A DNA stretch of 64,000 nucleotides, from positions 320,001-384,000 of the forward strand of contig CM000435.1 of assembly GCA_000165345.1 (NCBI GenBank), in the 5' to 3' direction. Positions 40,653 to 49,853 of the stretch are shown here, piece by piece. The translations under genes and the position numbers were made by a program. The notes beneath the pieces were generated by a model. The model was not told the origin of the DNA. It worked only from the letters and a program-made list of their open reading frames with translations, and searched no databases. Every line of letters begins with the position of its first letter. Within the stretch, counting starts at the first letter, position 1.

Positions 40653-41234
40653 CTAGTTATTTTCAAATTCACTTTCTATTTGTGAATCGTCAGTCTCCAG
40701 AGATTCAATTTCAAGGGATTCATCATCCTCTTGCTCAACTGCTTGACTATTTGAGGATATATATAAAGAAGTGGTATATACCATAGCCCAGCATTCAGTG
40801 GTTTCAGAAAAATTAGAGTCACTATAATTTCTAGTAATCTCAGAAGCAGCAGTCAATACTTCCTGAGTATCTGGAACAGGATCACTACAAACCTCAACTA
40901 ACTTTTGAATAGATTTATCCATTTGTTCGCCACTACATTCCTTTTCAAAGGATTCCTGTAATGACGCACATGCTTCATAAATTTGCTCTGGATTTTGAAC
41001 TTCCGAAGTTTCATTAGACAAATCAGCCCCCTCAAGTTCAACAACTTTCTCTGATGAAGGCTTTTGGCTTTCTTGATTATTGTCTTCTGCTTGTTTGTGG
41101 TCATTTTCCACAAGCTTAACAATATCTTCACCTTCTATTTCTTCAGCTCGACAAGAAAGAATTAGTAAGCCAAATATGAATACTAAAGTAGCAATGAAGA
41201 ACCACTTGAAACCCTTATTATAAATGTACGGCAT
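40653..41234 (-). CDS. Small (193 aa) acidic secreted protein, unknown function
   Basis: ATG at 41234. MPYIYNKGFKWFFIATLVFIFGLLILSCRAEE is a signal peptide. The rest is rich in E/D/S/Q and ends in the acidic tail DDESLEIESLETDDSQIESEFENN. Confidence 0.6.
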   Translation of the reverse strand: MPYIYNKGFKWFFIATLVFIFGLLILSCRAEEIEGEDIVKLVENDHKQAEDNNQESQKPSSEKVVELEGADLSNETSEVQNPEQIYEACASLQESFEKECSGEQMDKSIQKLVEVCSDPVPDTQEVLTAASEITRNYSDSNFSETTECWAMVYTTSLYISSNSQAVEQEDDESLEIESLETDDSQIESEFENN

Positions 41235-41354
41235 GTTATAATAAGTTAATTAATTCAGATTCCCAACAAAAAATATTTTAAAAAAATTCGGAATTTAATG
41301 TGTGTATAAATGCACCATTCACACAAAGTCAAAAGTAGAATAAAACAGGGATAT

Positions 41355-42371
41355 TTATGCCTCATTTAATAAAGTTGAAGGCTCCAATTTACACTTATTG
41401 ATACGTTGTTCAAGATTGTAAAGTCTCTTAATAGCGGTGTAAAGTTCAGAAATATCATCCCAATTAAAAAAGAAACAAGTAATGCCCGAAGTGACGGTAT
41501 TGAAGCATCTAATAATAGTGGCCCTCCCCCCTATGGTGATGTCTTTTCTAACAATAGCTGGAATTAAAAGTATAGTTGGTAGAAATCCAACAAGACTCCC
41601 CAAGCTTTCGCTGATTAAGCTGTATCTAAAAGAGTACAAATAAATATCACTATGAATCAACTTGAGCTCATCAACAAGAGTATCTTCTATTAGTGACAAG
41701 TTAAGTCTTGGAATACCTTCTTCACCCAAAATAAGCTGTTTTCTAAATTCAGCTTCAACAATCTCCTTTCGCATGATTTTAGAGCTCATTTTCCTGGATG
41801 TGAAATAAACCCCAAGAATCGAAACTGAAATCGATATAGCAAGATAAGAAATAAGAGAATATTCAAATCCACTTGGAAACGGTGGAATTCCTGAAACTTT
41901 CCTACTATGTTCAATCAAAATTGGAATGTGAACCAGACTTCTTGAAATAGAAATCACAACTTTAAAGAAAAGATTCAAAATAAGCTTCAAAACCTGAAGA
42001 GTATCTTCCTGGATTCTTTGAGACACTCCTTCCACTCCTTTAATGAATCTCCAATTATCAAATAAGTATTTTGACTCATAATTACGCCAATTAAGAAGTA
42101 TTACTGTTAGGAAGAAATTACTTAATACTCTAAATACACAGAGGAATATGAGGAATAATGGCAGATTTAGCATTTTTTCCCTTATTTCATCCTCATAACT
42201 CTCCCCAGGTTTTGAGTTGAACGAACTGACCAAAAGATTGTATATTTCAGAGAACCATTTTGTCACTTTCAAATGAAGCTTTGAATATTGCACATTCAGA
42301 ATGATTAACAAGAAACAGTAAAACCAAGTACTTGCAGAGTACCTACTGGAGAAAAGAAATTTCCTAATCAT
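41355..42371 (-). CDS. SbmA/BacA-like (ABCD-type transmembrane-domain-only) membrane protein, paralogue A
   Basis: The track start 42434 is TTG; the first ATG is at 42371 (MIRKFLFSS...). It is ~338 aa with several hydrophobic helices. The conserved loop WRNYESKYLFDNWRFIKGVEGVSQRIQEDTLQV resembles the ABCD/SbmA 'NPDQR(L/I)xxD' region. The EAEFRKQL and C-terminal IKRLYNLEQRI stretches parallel the ABCD1 TMD E(A/G)EFR and helix-6 regions. There is no Walker A/B or ABC signature. Confidence 0.45.
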   Translation of the reverse strand: MIRKFLFSSRYSASTWFYCFLLIILNVQYSKLHLKVTKWFSEIYNLLVSSFNSKPGESYEDEIREKMLNLPLFLIFLCVFRVLSNFFLTVILLNWRNYESKYLFDNWRFIKGVEGVSQRIQEDTLQVLKLILNLFFKVVISISRSLVHIPILIEHSRKVSGIPPFPSGFEYSLISYLAISISVSILGVYFTSRKMSSKIMRKEIVEAEFRKQLILGEEGIPRLNLSLIEDTLVDELKLIHSDIYLYSFRYSLISESLGSLVGFLPTILLIPAIVRKDITIGGRATIIRCFNTVTSGITCFFFNWDDISELYTAIKRLYNLEQRINKCKLEPSTLLNEA

Positions 42372-42519
42372 ATTTCCATTTTTTTGTCTTAATGGCAACT
42401 TCGATTTACAAAATGTCAAGTCGTATAGCGCCAACTATTGTTTCAAGTATGTCTAATCAGTTAACTTCTAGACAAGAGACTACAGAGAGAAGAGATAGAA
42501 GGGTTTTAAAGTAGCAGTA

Positions 42520-43521
42520 ATGATTCTATTCAGTGGCCTCAGCAGAAGATCTCTTATCAAGTTGTTTCTCTTTTTGGCTGCAATTTCCGCATGTTCAGTA
42601 CTTCTGTTGTACTTGGAGTTTTCTGGGAACTCTCAACTTAAAACATTTGGAGATGTGTTACAAGCAGCAGTTAAAGATAGGTCAAGTGTTAGTGCTTCAG
42701 ACCTGTACACTTCGTTTTTTGCATTGATTTCTTACAAGCTAGCCGTTGTATTTTTGAAGTCGGTATCTTCATTTCTGTCCAAGAAGAGTATTTTCTTTTG
42801 GAGACTGCAACTAACAGAGTATTTCTTAGAGAACTGGGAGAATATTTACTTAATTGAGGGAGTGTCTCAGAGGATTCAAGAAGATACTATGAGATATTGT
42901 AGACTTTTTGAGAAGTTTTCAATTTTTGTTGTACAGGATTTATTCAAGCTTTTTATATACTTGCCTTTATTACTTGATCTAAGTAAGCATATAACAAGAA
43001 CATGGTTTATACCCAATACAAGGCATTTATTACTTGTTTTGATTATAATTAACTCCATAATTGGAACTTCCATTATTATTTTCCCAAGTAAATACTTATC
43101 TAGGCTCGTTTATAATATAGATAAGGAAGAAGCTGCATTTAGAAAGAACTTGGTTTTATTTGAACTTGAAGAAAGAGACTTTTCTAACTTCGACTTTGAT
43201 GGGAATTACATTAGTGTGGATAATACTCACAGAAGCTACTACAGAAGGTATTATTTTATTAAAATCCTCCAATTATTGCATTTTCGCCTGTCGATGATCA
43301 CTTATTGGTTGTTTGCTCATCCATCAATGGTACCTCCTTATACTCTAGGTCTTCTTAAACAGACAATGCATGCATTTGATGAAGTCTCATCAGTATTTAA
43401 CTTTGTGGTATCTCATTTCAAAAGCTTAGTAGAGTACATTGCAGTTTTTTTGAGATTAAATTTAATGGTTAAGCAAACTATAAAAGCTAAAGAAACCGAT
43501 AAATCTGGGATTTATCATTAA
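42520..43521 (+). CDS. SbmA/BacA-like (ABCD-type transmembrane-domain-only) membrane protein, paralogue B
   Basis: ATG at 42520. It shares the block ...NW(E/R)N.....EGVSQRIQEDT with the divergently oriented neighbour, plus EEAAFRKNL and LKQTMHAFDEVSSVFNFVVSHFKSL. It is 333 aa, with no ATPase domain. Confidence 0.45.
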   Translation: MILFSGLSRRSLIKLFLFLAAISACSVLLLYLEFSGNSQLKTFGDVLQAAVKDRSSVSASDLYTSFFALISYKLAVVFLKSVSSFLSKKSIFFWRLQLTEYFLENWENIYLIEGVSQRIQEDTMRYCRLFEKFSIFVVQDLFKLFIYLPLLLDLSKHITRTWFIPNTRHLLLVLIIINSIIGTSIIIFPSKYLSRLVYNIDKEEAAFRKNLVLFELEERDFSNFDFDGNYISVDNTHRSYYRRYYFIKILQLLHFRLSMITYWLFAHPSMVPPYTLGLLKQTMHAFDEVSSVFNFVVSHFKSLVEYIAVFLRLNLMVKQTIKAKETDKSGIYH

Positions 43522-43647
43522 AACTACATATGGAATATTTTCAAGGAAATGTGGGTATTAATATAAAATCAATTCTAGTTGCTTTTTTTTTTTTAAAAAT
43601 TCTATTAAATTTATTAATTCTAAAGTTGAAGATTCTTTGTATTTTTA

Positions 43648-45840
43648 TTACTGAACTTCAAAGAAGATTGAAATATCATCTGACTCATTTGCAAAGAACT
43701 GAACACAGGAAATATTTCCATCTGGCCCATATCCTCCTTTTGAGATTTTGGTTACCTCCATTTTATCAATAGAAAGAAGCAAAAATTGCCCAAGATCTTT
43801 AACACTAATAACCCCTCTTCCAGAGCTAGAAGTGGCACTACTGATATAATGGCCCTTATAAATTGGCTCATTCTCTTTTATTGCAGAAGTTCTAAATACA
43901 TTAATATTCCCAGAACTGGTGTATTCAATTTGAAAAGAAAAACCTTCCTTTTTTGTATATATATCAACTTTCAACGCGCCATTGGAAAATCCTCCAATGA
44001 AATGAAGTACGCCCCCAACTGGAGAACCAGTGGAAGCTGAAGTAAAACAAAGCCTGTTGCTGTCGCATACAGTAGAAATATAAGAACCTCGGTGTTGCTC
44101 AAGAACGCAACTTTTCCTTATTGGTTGGAATTCCGAAGAAATCTTATCAATATTATCACCGTTAATATTCACAGAATAATCGCCCAATGTTTTACTTACT
44201 TTGGTACTTTTGACATTTTCTAAATTGTTAAAGTAGTTTCTACGTAATCCACCAGCATTTTCATCTTTAAGCACAAAAGTATCATTTTGTGGTATATTTT
44301 CATAATCAACTTTATCAAGATTGGTTAAATTGGTTATCAAAACCGCACTTTTTCCATTTACTCCTACTAAAAACTCGGCAACATCTGCATTGTTATCAAA
44401 GCTAATCATTGTTTTCTTTTTATCTTCAGTGGAATCTGAAGCCACTCTAACAGCTACAAAAGTTTGTCCATGGTTATCTTTTGACTGAGAATTACTTGAC
44501 TTAAGCACAGGAAGTATTCCGTCGATTGAGCATGTTCCACTTCCTGAATAAGAATACCTTGTGCAGGGCCTTGTTGGAAGCACAGTGGATGTAGGTTTAC
44601 GGTGAAGCCCTTCAAAGGTTATTCCATATGGAATTTCCCCATTTGGAATAACGATTGGGTCAAATGCATAGAAGCCATTGACTGATATTGTGACAAACAA
44701 AGAAGTAAAGACTAATTTAATTGCATAACTTTGGAATCCATAGCTTTGTAAAGGGAAATATCCTCCCTTAGATCTTATAATATCAGTGCCGCTTGTCCCT
44801 TTAAGAAACAGTCCATTATCATTAATAATGAGATGGAAAAGAATTAATCCTGAATTTGAATTTAATATCACGTGAGTTGTTGATGGCATCTTTACAGATT
44901 TACTTGATACTGATCCCGGTATTCCCAATAATATTTGGCTACCAGGAATTAAAGTACTTTTTGGGATTATAACATTTGATGAAAGACAAGTCTTTGAGTA
45001 TGGAGATATATTCAAGTTTGATATACTAGAACCAGTTACTGGTACACTTAGAACGCAGTTTTCCATTTCGTTATTTTCTATAAATGGAATTACCGAAATT
45101 CTTACATTTTCAAGTCCAGATGTTTGGATCTTGGAAATTCTAATAGGCTTTTCTGCAAGGTTAATATTTAAAATATTATATACCAAGTTATTTAAAGTGA
45201 AGGAAATTGTTGTATTTGTCAAAACCATTACAAAAGTCATCCTACCAATCCCTAAAGTAGAATTTGTTGCATCATTAGCAATCGTAAAATCATCTTGGCA
45301 CCCTTTCAACTCTAAAGTTGTTATTCCATCATTTACTTGAGTTCCATTCACTAATGAACTTATTTTTACGATCGCACTATTCTCTTTAGAGCCCAACTTG
45401 AATGAAATTAGTTCCGAATCATCTTCTGATTTGAATTCATAACTCATTCCAAATTTGTATGAATCTCCAACAATTGTTGTTGTGAATCTAGACGTAATTG
45501 GAACCAACAACGTGCTATTCGAATTATCACAGTTAATTGGCAAAGTTCTATTAAAGCATGAATCTTCTGTAAAATTCATATTTACTGGGATAATTTCTGG
45601 ATTGCTCAACTTGTTTCCCAAATTCTCTTCTGAGCTTTCAGTAATAGAAGTTGAATTCATTGTTCCATTCGAACTTGCCACCTCCTTGATTGGCTCTGCG
45701 CCACCATTTTTGCTTATGTCGCTATTCAGTGACAGATCAGATTCAATTGTTGTACTGACTTGTTGTGATTTAACCTCTACATTCAAGCAAATCGCTAATA
45801 TCAAAAATCCCAAACCTCTTAAAATTTTTCCCTGGTTCAT
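43648..45840 (-). CDS. Secreted 730-aa protein of unknown function (beta-rich, Ser/Thr/Asn-rich)
   Basis: ATG at 45840. MNQGKILRGLGFLILAICLNVEVKSQQ is a signal peptide. The long ORF has typical codon usage, and I recognise no motif. Confidence 0.6.
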   Translation of the reverse strand: MNQGKILRGLGFLILAICLNVEVKSQQVSTTIESDLSLNSDISKNGGAEPIKEVASSNGTMNSTSITESSEENLGNKLSNPEIIPVNMNFTEDSCFNRTLPINCDNSNSTLLVPITSRFTTTIVGDSYKFGMSYEFKSEDDSELISFKLGSKENSAIVKISSLVNGTQVNDGITTLELKGCQDDFTIANDATNSTLGIGRMTFVMVLTNTTISFTLNNLVYNILNINLAEKPIRISKIQTSGLENVRISVIPFIENNEMENCVLSVPVTGSSISNLNISPYSKTCLSSNVIIPKSTLIPGSQILLGIPGSVSSKSVKMPSTTHVILNSNSGLILFHLIINDNGLFLKGTSGTDIIRSKGGYFPLQSYGFQSYAIKLVFTSLFVTISVNGFYAFDPIVIPNGEIPYGITFEGLHRKPTSTVLPTRPCTRYSYSGSGTCSIDGILPVLKSSNSQSKDNHGQTFVAVRVASDSTEDKKKTMISFDNNADVAEFLVGVNGKSAVLITNLTNLDKVDYENIPQNDTFVLKDENAGGLRRNYFNNLENVKSTKVSKTLGDYSVNINGDNIDKISSEFQPIRKSCVLEQHRGSYISTVCDSNRLCFTSASTGSPVGGVLHFIGGFSNGALKVDIYTKKEGFSFQIEYTSSGNINVFRTSAIKENEPIYKGHYISSATSSSGRGVISVKDLGQFLLLSIDKMEVTKISKGGYGPDGNISCVQFFANESDDISIFFEVQ

Positions 45841-46457
45841 TTATTTTACCTCTTCCACGAAATCTTAAGTTATTGTTTTATTTGTCTTTACCACAACTTT
45901 ATCTCTCTTGTTTCTTCTTTCTAATATTAATTCTTATTTTTGGATTCAGCTTGGAATAAACCATTTACCCACACGTAATCTTAGAGTGTTATGCGCGCCA
46001 GATTGCATACCGGTATATGTTAATCTTGCATGTATGATTTAAGAAAAGAATAATAATCTTGGTCAAATGGATTCAAATAAATAATCAAAAACTTATATTT
46101 TATTTTATGCTTATTACAATTATCTCTCGCTTTATATTTGAATATTTTGAAGTTTTGATAACTTTAATTACTAGTTATTACATTTTTTATTCAACTTTTT
46201 TAACTCTTTAATAATTAATATTTCTCTAATCAATTTACTTAATTTCCGGATTTAAATGATGAGTTTTAGGTTAAACATGTGGTCAAAAATTGTTCTAATT
46301 TTTTCTTAATCAACAGATTTTATCTAATCAATATTATCTGATCTAGAGCTCAACTCCTTCCAATACTTCCACAAATAATATGCACTTCAGCAGACTCTAA
46401 ACCTCATCTCTACCTTTTTCTTCTAATTATTTTCCTCTCTCCAATCATTTATTGGCC

Positions 46458-46533
46458 TTGCATGTAATACACGTAATGTTTGCATGCTCATTTGCATGTA
46501 TTTGTTTGCATGTGCAAATTGACCACATGCACT
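46458..46533. promoter_or_regulatory. Dense cluster of 6 GCATG(C/T) motifs in the spacer between the 730-aa secreted protein gene and ATAD3
   Basis: 'ttgcatgtaatacacgtaatgtttgcatgctcatttgcatgtatttgtttgcatgtgcaaattgaccacatgcac'. Confidence 0.4.
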
Positions 46534-46908
46534 GCTGTAACAAATGCCACGTAACAATAATCAATTTTCATACTTTAGAATAACAGAGTTCTACTGAAAT
46601 TTTGAAACAAAATTTTTTATTTTTTTTTGAATAGAACAAGTACAATAAAAAATATAAATATACAAAAAATAGTTTAATCACTAACAAGAGCTGGAACTTA
46701 AATTAAGGAGAAGGATGAATAGTTTTTGGAGAGTAATATGATATTTATTAGTTATTATCATTCTGGAGAAGAATCTAATATAAAGAACTAATGTCTCATG
46801 GAATTTTTTAATATTTCAAGGTTAAACGCAATAAATATTTTTCTGATGTTTATAATCAAAACAATTTCATAAGGTTTCATTAATAATCTGATATAAAGTT
46901 GGATTCCT

Positions 46909-48792
46909 TTACTCCAAATTCGTTAAATCACTATTAGAATTATCACAATTTATGTGTGAAGATTGATTTGCAGAAGATTTCGAAGAAGTAGAAGAATAAG
47001 AGGAATTCAAATTCAAGTTATTTTCGCCATCAAGCTTCCAAGAAAGAGCAGACTCAGCAATCTCACGAGTGAGAGATTCCACCCCCGATCCAAGCACTAT
47101 TGATTTCATTCCCAAGACTAATTTGAAAAGTTGTCTTCCAGAAAACCCTTCTGTCTTTCTAGCTAAGACATCCAAAAATGTTTGGTCTAAAGAGGGATGA
47201 ATCTTAATTGAATTATATAATGATGGTAAATTAATAAATTTCCCTGATTCGTAAGAACAATTGAAATTAAGTTCTAGAAATTGCTTAATAAGTTTAAGCC
47301 TTTCATTAAAGCCAGGATTGGGAAATTCAAAAACTTCATCTACCCTATCAATTACAGCACTATCCAAAGTTCCTGGGACATTTGTGGCAAGTAAAATACA
47401 AATATCTTTAGATTCTGTTCCAGTTTGGTGGAGAAAAGCACTGAGCGCATTTCTGGAATTTTCAGATTTACTGGAAGTTGTGGATTCTCTTCCTTTTGAC
47501 AAAAATGCTTCAGCCTCATCAATAAATAGCAGCATTCCCTTATTTGATTTACGAGCCCAATCAAAGACTTTATTTAATTCTGTTACTCCATTTTTTCCTA
47601 GTTTTCCCACATCTCCTCCTGACATTATAGCATAATCCAATCCACTTTCCTTTGCAAGCTTTCTAGCAAACATGGTTTTACCAGTTCCAGGTTTTCCCCA
47701 AAGCAACATATTTCTAAATGGTACATCAAATCTTCTTGAGTTCACCAAAGTATTTACAGTCCAATTTAGTCTATTTTCAAGTTCAGATGGCAATACAATA
47801 TTTTCAAAGACTTTTGGTTTTTTTACTAGTTTATTTCTCAGTCCTAAAAGTCTGAAAGCGATTGCTGGAGAAAAGAAGTTGTTTCTTACTTTTAATCCGT
47901 GTCTTGTTAGAAAACTCATATTGGTTTCCCTGATAAGACTTGGCCTTCCAAAGCTAGTTTCTATCATATTTGCTACTACTCTTGTAGTATTCTTTGCTCC
48001 ATAAATTCCAAAAGCCATTGCTGTTAAGCCTCCAACCAACATTGTAAGCTTTGATTTATCTTGGTATAAAGAGCTCCCCATTTCTCTAATACCTCCAAAA
48101 ATTGTTTTAATTGATTCTAAATGGGTTGTTCTACTTTCTTTTGCTTTGGCTTTAATTTCACCCAATCTTATATCTGCATTCTCTCTCTCAGCTTTAATCC
48201 TTCCAATAGTTTCTTCCCTAATCCTCACTTTAATATTCTCCTGCTGCAGCTTATTCTCATATTCTGATTGCCTTCTTTTCATCTCCAATATTTCTCGTTC
48301 ATTCTTTTTTCTAATCTCTTCCTGTTCCAAAAACTTGTCGTGTTGTTGTTTTAGCATCCTGGCATTCTGGCTTTCTTGTTCTTTCAGCTTTTTGTAGTAT
48401 GCCTCTGTCTCAAGCTTTGCCTTGTATTGGGATGTAGCCCTCTCCTCCTCCTGCTGATGAGTAATTGTTTTTCTTCTCTCATCAGCCTCTATTCGAGTTC
48501 TCTCTAGATTTGCTTTTGACCTATAAGCAGAACTCTGTTCAATATCTCGTTCAAGCTCTTTCTGTTTTGTCTTCTCTTGGAGCTTTATAATTTCAAATGC
48601 TTTTTGCGCATTAGGAGAAGAATCTAATTGTTTCAGAGCTTTTGCTCCTCTCTCCAGAGCTGTTGGGTCAAAGTTTCCATTAATGCTTCCCCCTCCATTC
48701 CCACCCGTATATTTTCCTCCAGAATCTTTATCACCACTTCCAGAATCTGGATTTGGGCTTCCTTGTCTTCCTCCGAATCCACTAAAGAACAT
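46909..48792 (-). CDS. ATAD3-family AAA+ ATPase (N-terminal coiled-coil + single AAA domain)
   Basis: The track start 48795 is TTG; ATG is at 48792. The N-terminal motif FDPTALERGAKALKQLDSSPNAQKAFE matches ATAD3 FDPSNLERAAKAAREL. A long charged coiled-coil follows. The AAA core is LLWGKPGTGKTMFARKLAKESGLDYAIMSGGDVGKLGKNGVTELNKVFDWARKSNKGMLLFIDEAEAFL (human ATAD3A: [48 protein letters not shown]...LLFVDEADAFL). Confidence 0.8.
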   Translation of the reverse strand: MFFSGFGGRQGSPNPDSGSGDKDSGGKYTGGNGGGSINGNFDPTALERGAKALKQLDSSPNAQKAFEIIKLQEKTKQKELERDIEQSSAYRSKANLERTRIEADERRKTITHQQEEERATSQYKAKLETEAYYKKLKEQESQNARMLKQQHDKFLEQEEIRKKNEREILEMKRRQSEYENKLQQENIKVRIREETIGRIKAERENADIRLGEIKAKAKESRTTHLESIKTIFGGIREMGSSLYQDKSKLTMLVGGLTAMAFGIYGAKNTTRVVANMIETSFGRPSLIRETNMSFLTRHGLKVRNNFFSPAIAFRLLGLRNKLVKKPKVFENIVLPSELENRLNWTVNTLVNSRRFDVPFRNMLLWGKPGTGKTMFARKLAKESGLDYAIMSGGDVGKLGKNGVTELNKVFDWARKSNKGMLLFIDEAEAFLSKGRESTTSSKSENSRNALSAFLHQTGTESKDICILLATNVPGTLDSAVIDRVDEVFEFPNPGFNERLKLIKQFLELNFNCSYESGKFINLPSLYNSIKIHPSLDQTFLDVLARKTEGFSGRQLFKLVLGMKSIVLGSGVESLTREIAESALSWKLDGENNLNLNSSYSSTSSKSSANQSSHINCDNSNSDLTNLE

Positions 48793-48830
48793 CAAAAATC
48801 AATTCCGGACCTTTAACTGTATTCATTGAG

Positions 48831-48844
48831 TTTTGGCGCCAATA
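48831..48844. promoter_or_regulatory. E2F-like TTTTGGCGCCAA motif just upstream of the ATAD3 start; a second copy is at 49187-49198
   Basis: 'gttttggcgccaatatc' and 'gcattttggcgcctaaac' lie in the divergent spacer between the ATAD3 and Cgr1-like genes. Confidence 0.4.
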
Positions 48845-49292
48845 TCTATGACTATTAATAGTTTTTTTGTAAAAGGATTTTTGGATTAAATTCTTTTTAT
48901 AAAAATATATTTCAACTTTATTCTTGAACTATTTTAACGAAATCTAGTGGTTAATTAAGTTACTTAAATATTTTTATTCATTTCAAGAACAGGATCTTTA
49001 TTTGAGATTGCAGGTATTTGAACTGGAAAGAGCTTTATAGAACCTTATTTAAATATAAATCTTTAGAAACTCTATGTGTGCAAATATCTAGTTATTTATT
49101 TATAACAACTTTCCACTTACTTTTAGAAAATGGGCTCATGAATTTTCTTCTAATTCTGGATAAATATGGTCAATTCAAATGCAGCATTTTGGCGCCTAAA
49201 CATTTCAATATTCTATAAGAAATTCAAACTGACAAATATTAATCAAGAGGAGTTAACGCAGGTAAATACAAATAGCTAAAGAAGCAGAGATT

Positions 49293-49670
49293 ATGTCAGA
49301 CAGCTCAATCTTGCTTTACGAAAACAAAAGCCAAAGGGAAAGTGGAAGACCTTGGAAAGATACTCCAAATCTAAAATCCAAACTTCAAAAAAGAGTCACT
49401 GGTAAGAAGAAGACTTATGAGGAGAGGATTAGGGAGAAAAAGGAAATTCAAAGAATCAGAGGGATAGAATTGGCTGAAAAAGAGGAGAGAGCTAAAGCAA
49501 GAAAGGAAGCTAAGGAAAGAAAAAGACTAAAACAACAAGCCAAAATGAATAGGGAAATACTTTCTTCGGGAGTACAAGTAATTACAAGGACTGACAAGAT
49601 AAAGAACTGGAACAAGAAGGCAAGAAAGATGCTAAGAAAGGTTTCATTAGAATCTCTGAACTCGAGATAA
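49293..49670 (+). CDS. Cgr1-like small basic coiled-coil nucleolar protein (pre-rRNA processing family)
   Basis: It is 125 aa. GRPWKDTPNLKSKL...KKKTYEERIREKKEIQRIRGIELAEKEERAKARKEAKERKRLK parallels the yeast Cgr1 GKPWK...KSWEERMKERKK...KEL signature. Confidence 0.45.
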   Translation: MSDSSILLYENKSQRESGRPWKDTPNLKSKLQKRVTGKKKTYEERIREKKEIQRIRGIELAEKEERAKARKEAKERKRLKQQAKMNREILSSGVQVITRTDKIKNWNKKARKMLRKVSLESLNSR

Positions 49671-49853
49671 CAAAATTAATTAGGCTATTATTTTTTGAAT
49701 TATGTTAAATAAATCAACTAACTTGGATCGACATCTTTTCCTTCAGTACTTTACTTGGATGATTTGGTTTAGGATTAGTAATAGGAAATTGAGATCTCAA
49801 CCTTTTCCTGATCTCAGATTTGATTTTAACCCAACTTAAATGATTTATAAGTA

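Noticed and set aside
40898-41131. 77-aa ORF on minus strand overlapping the acidic secreted protein gene
   Set aside because: It is an alternate frame of a better-supported ORF with signal peptide. It is basic and low complexity, with no independent start context.
47261-48397. Plus-strand ORFs 47261..47635, 47672..48004, 48146..48397 and minus 47352..47564
   Set aside because: They are antisense or alternate-frame to the strongly supported ATAD3 CDS.
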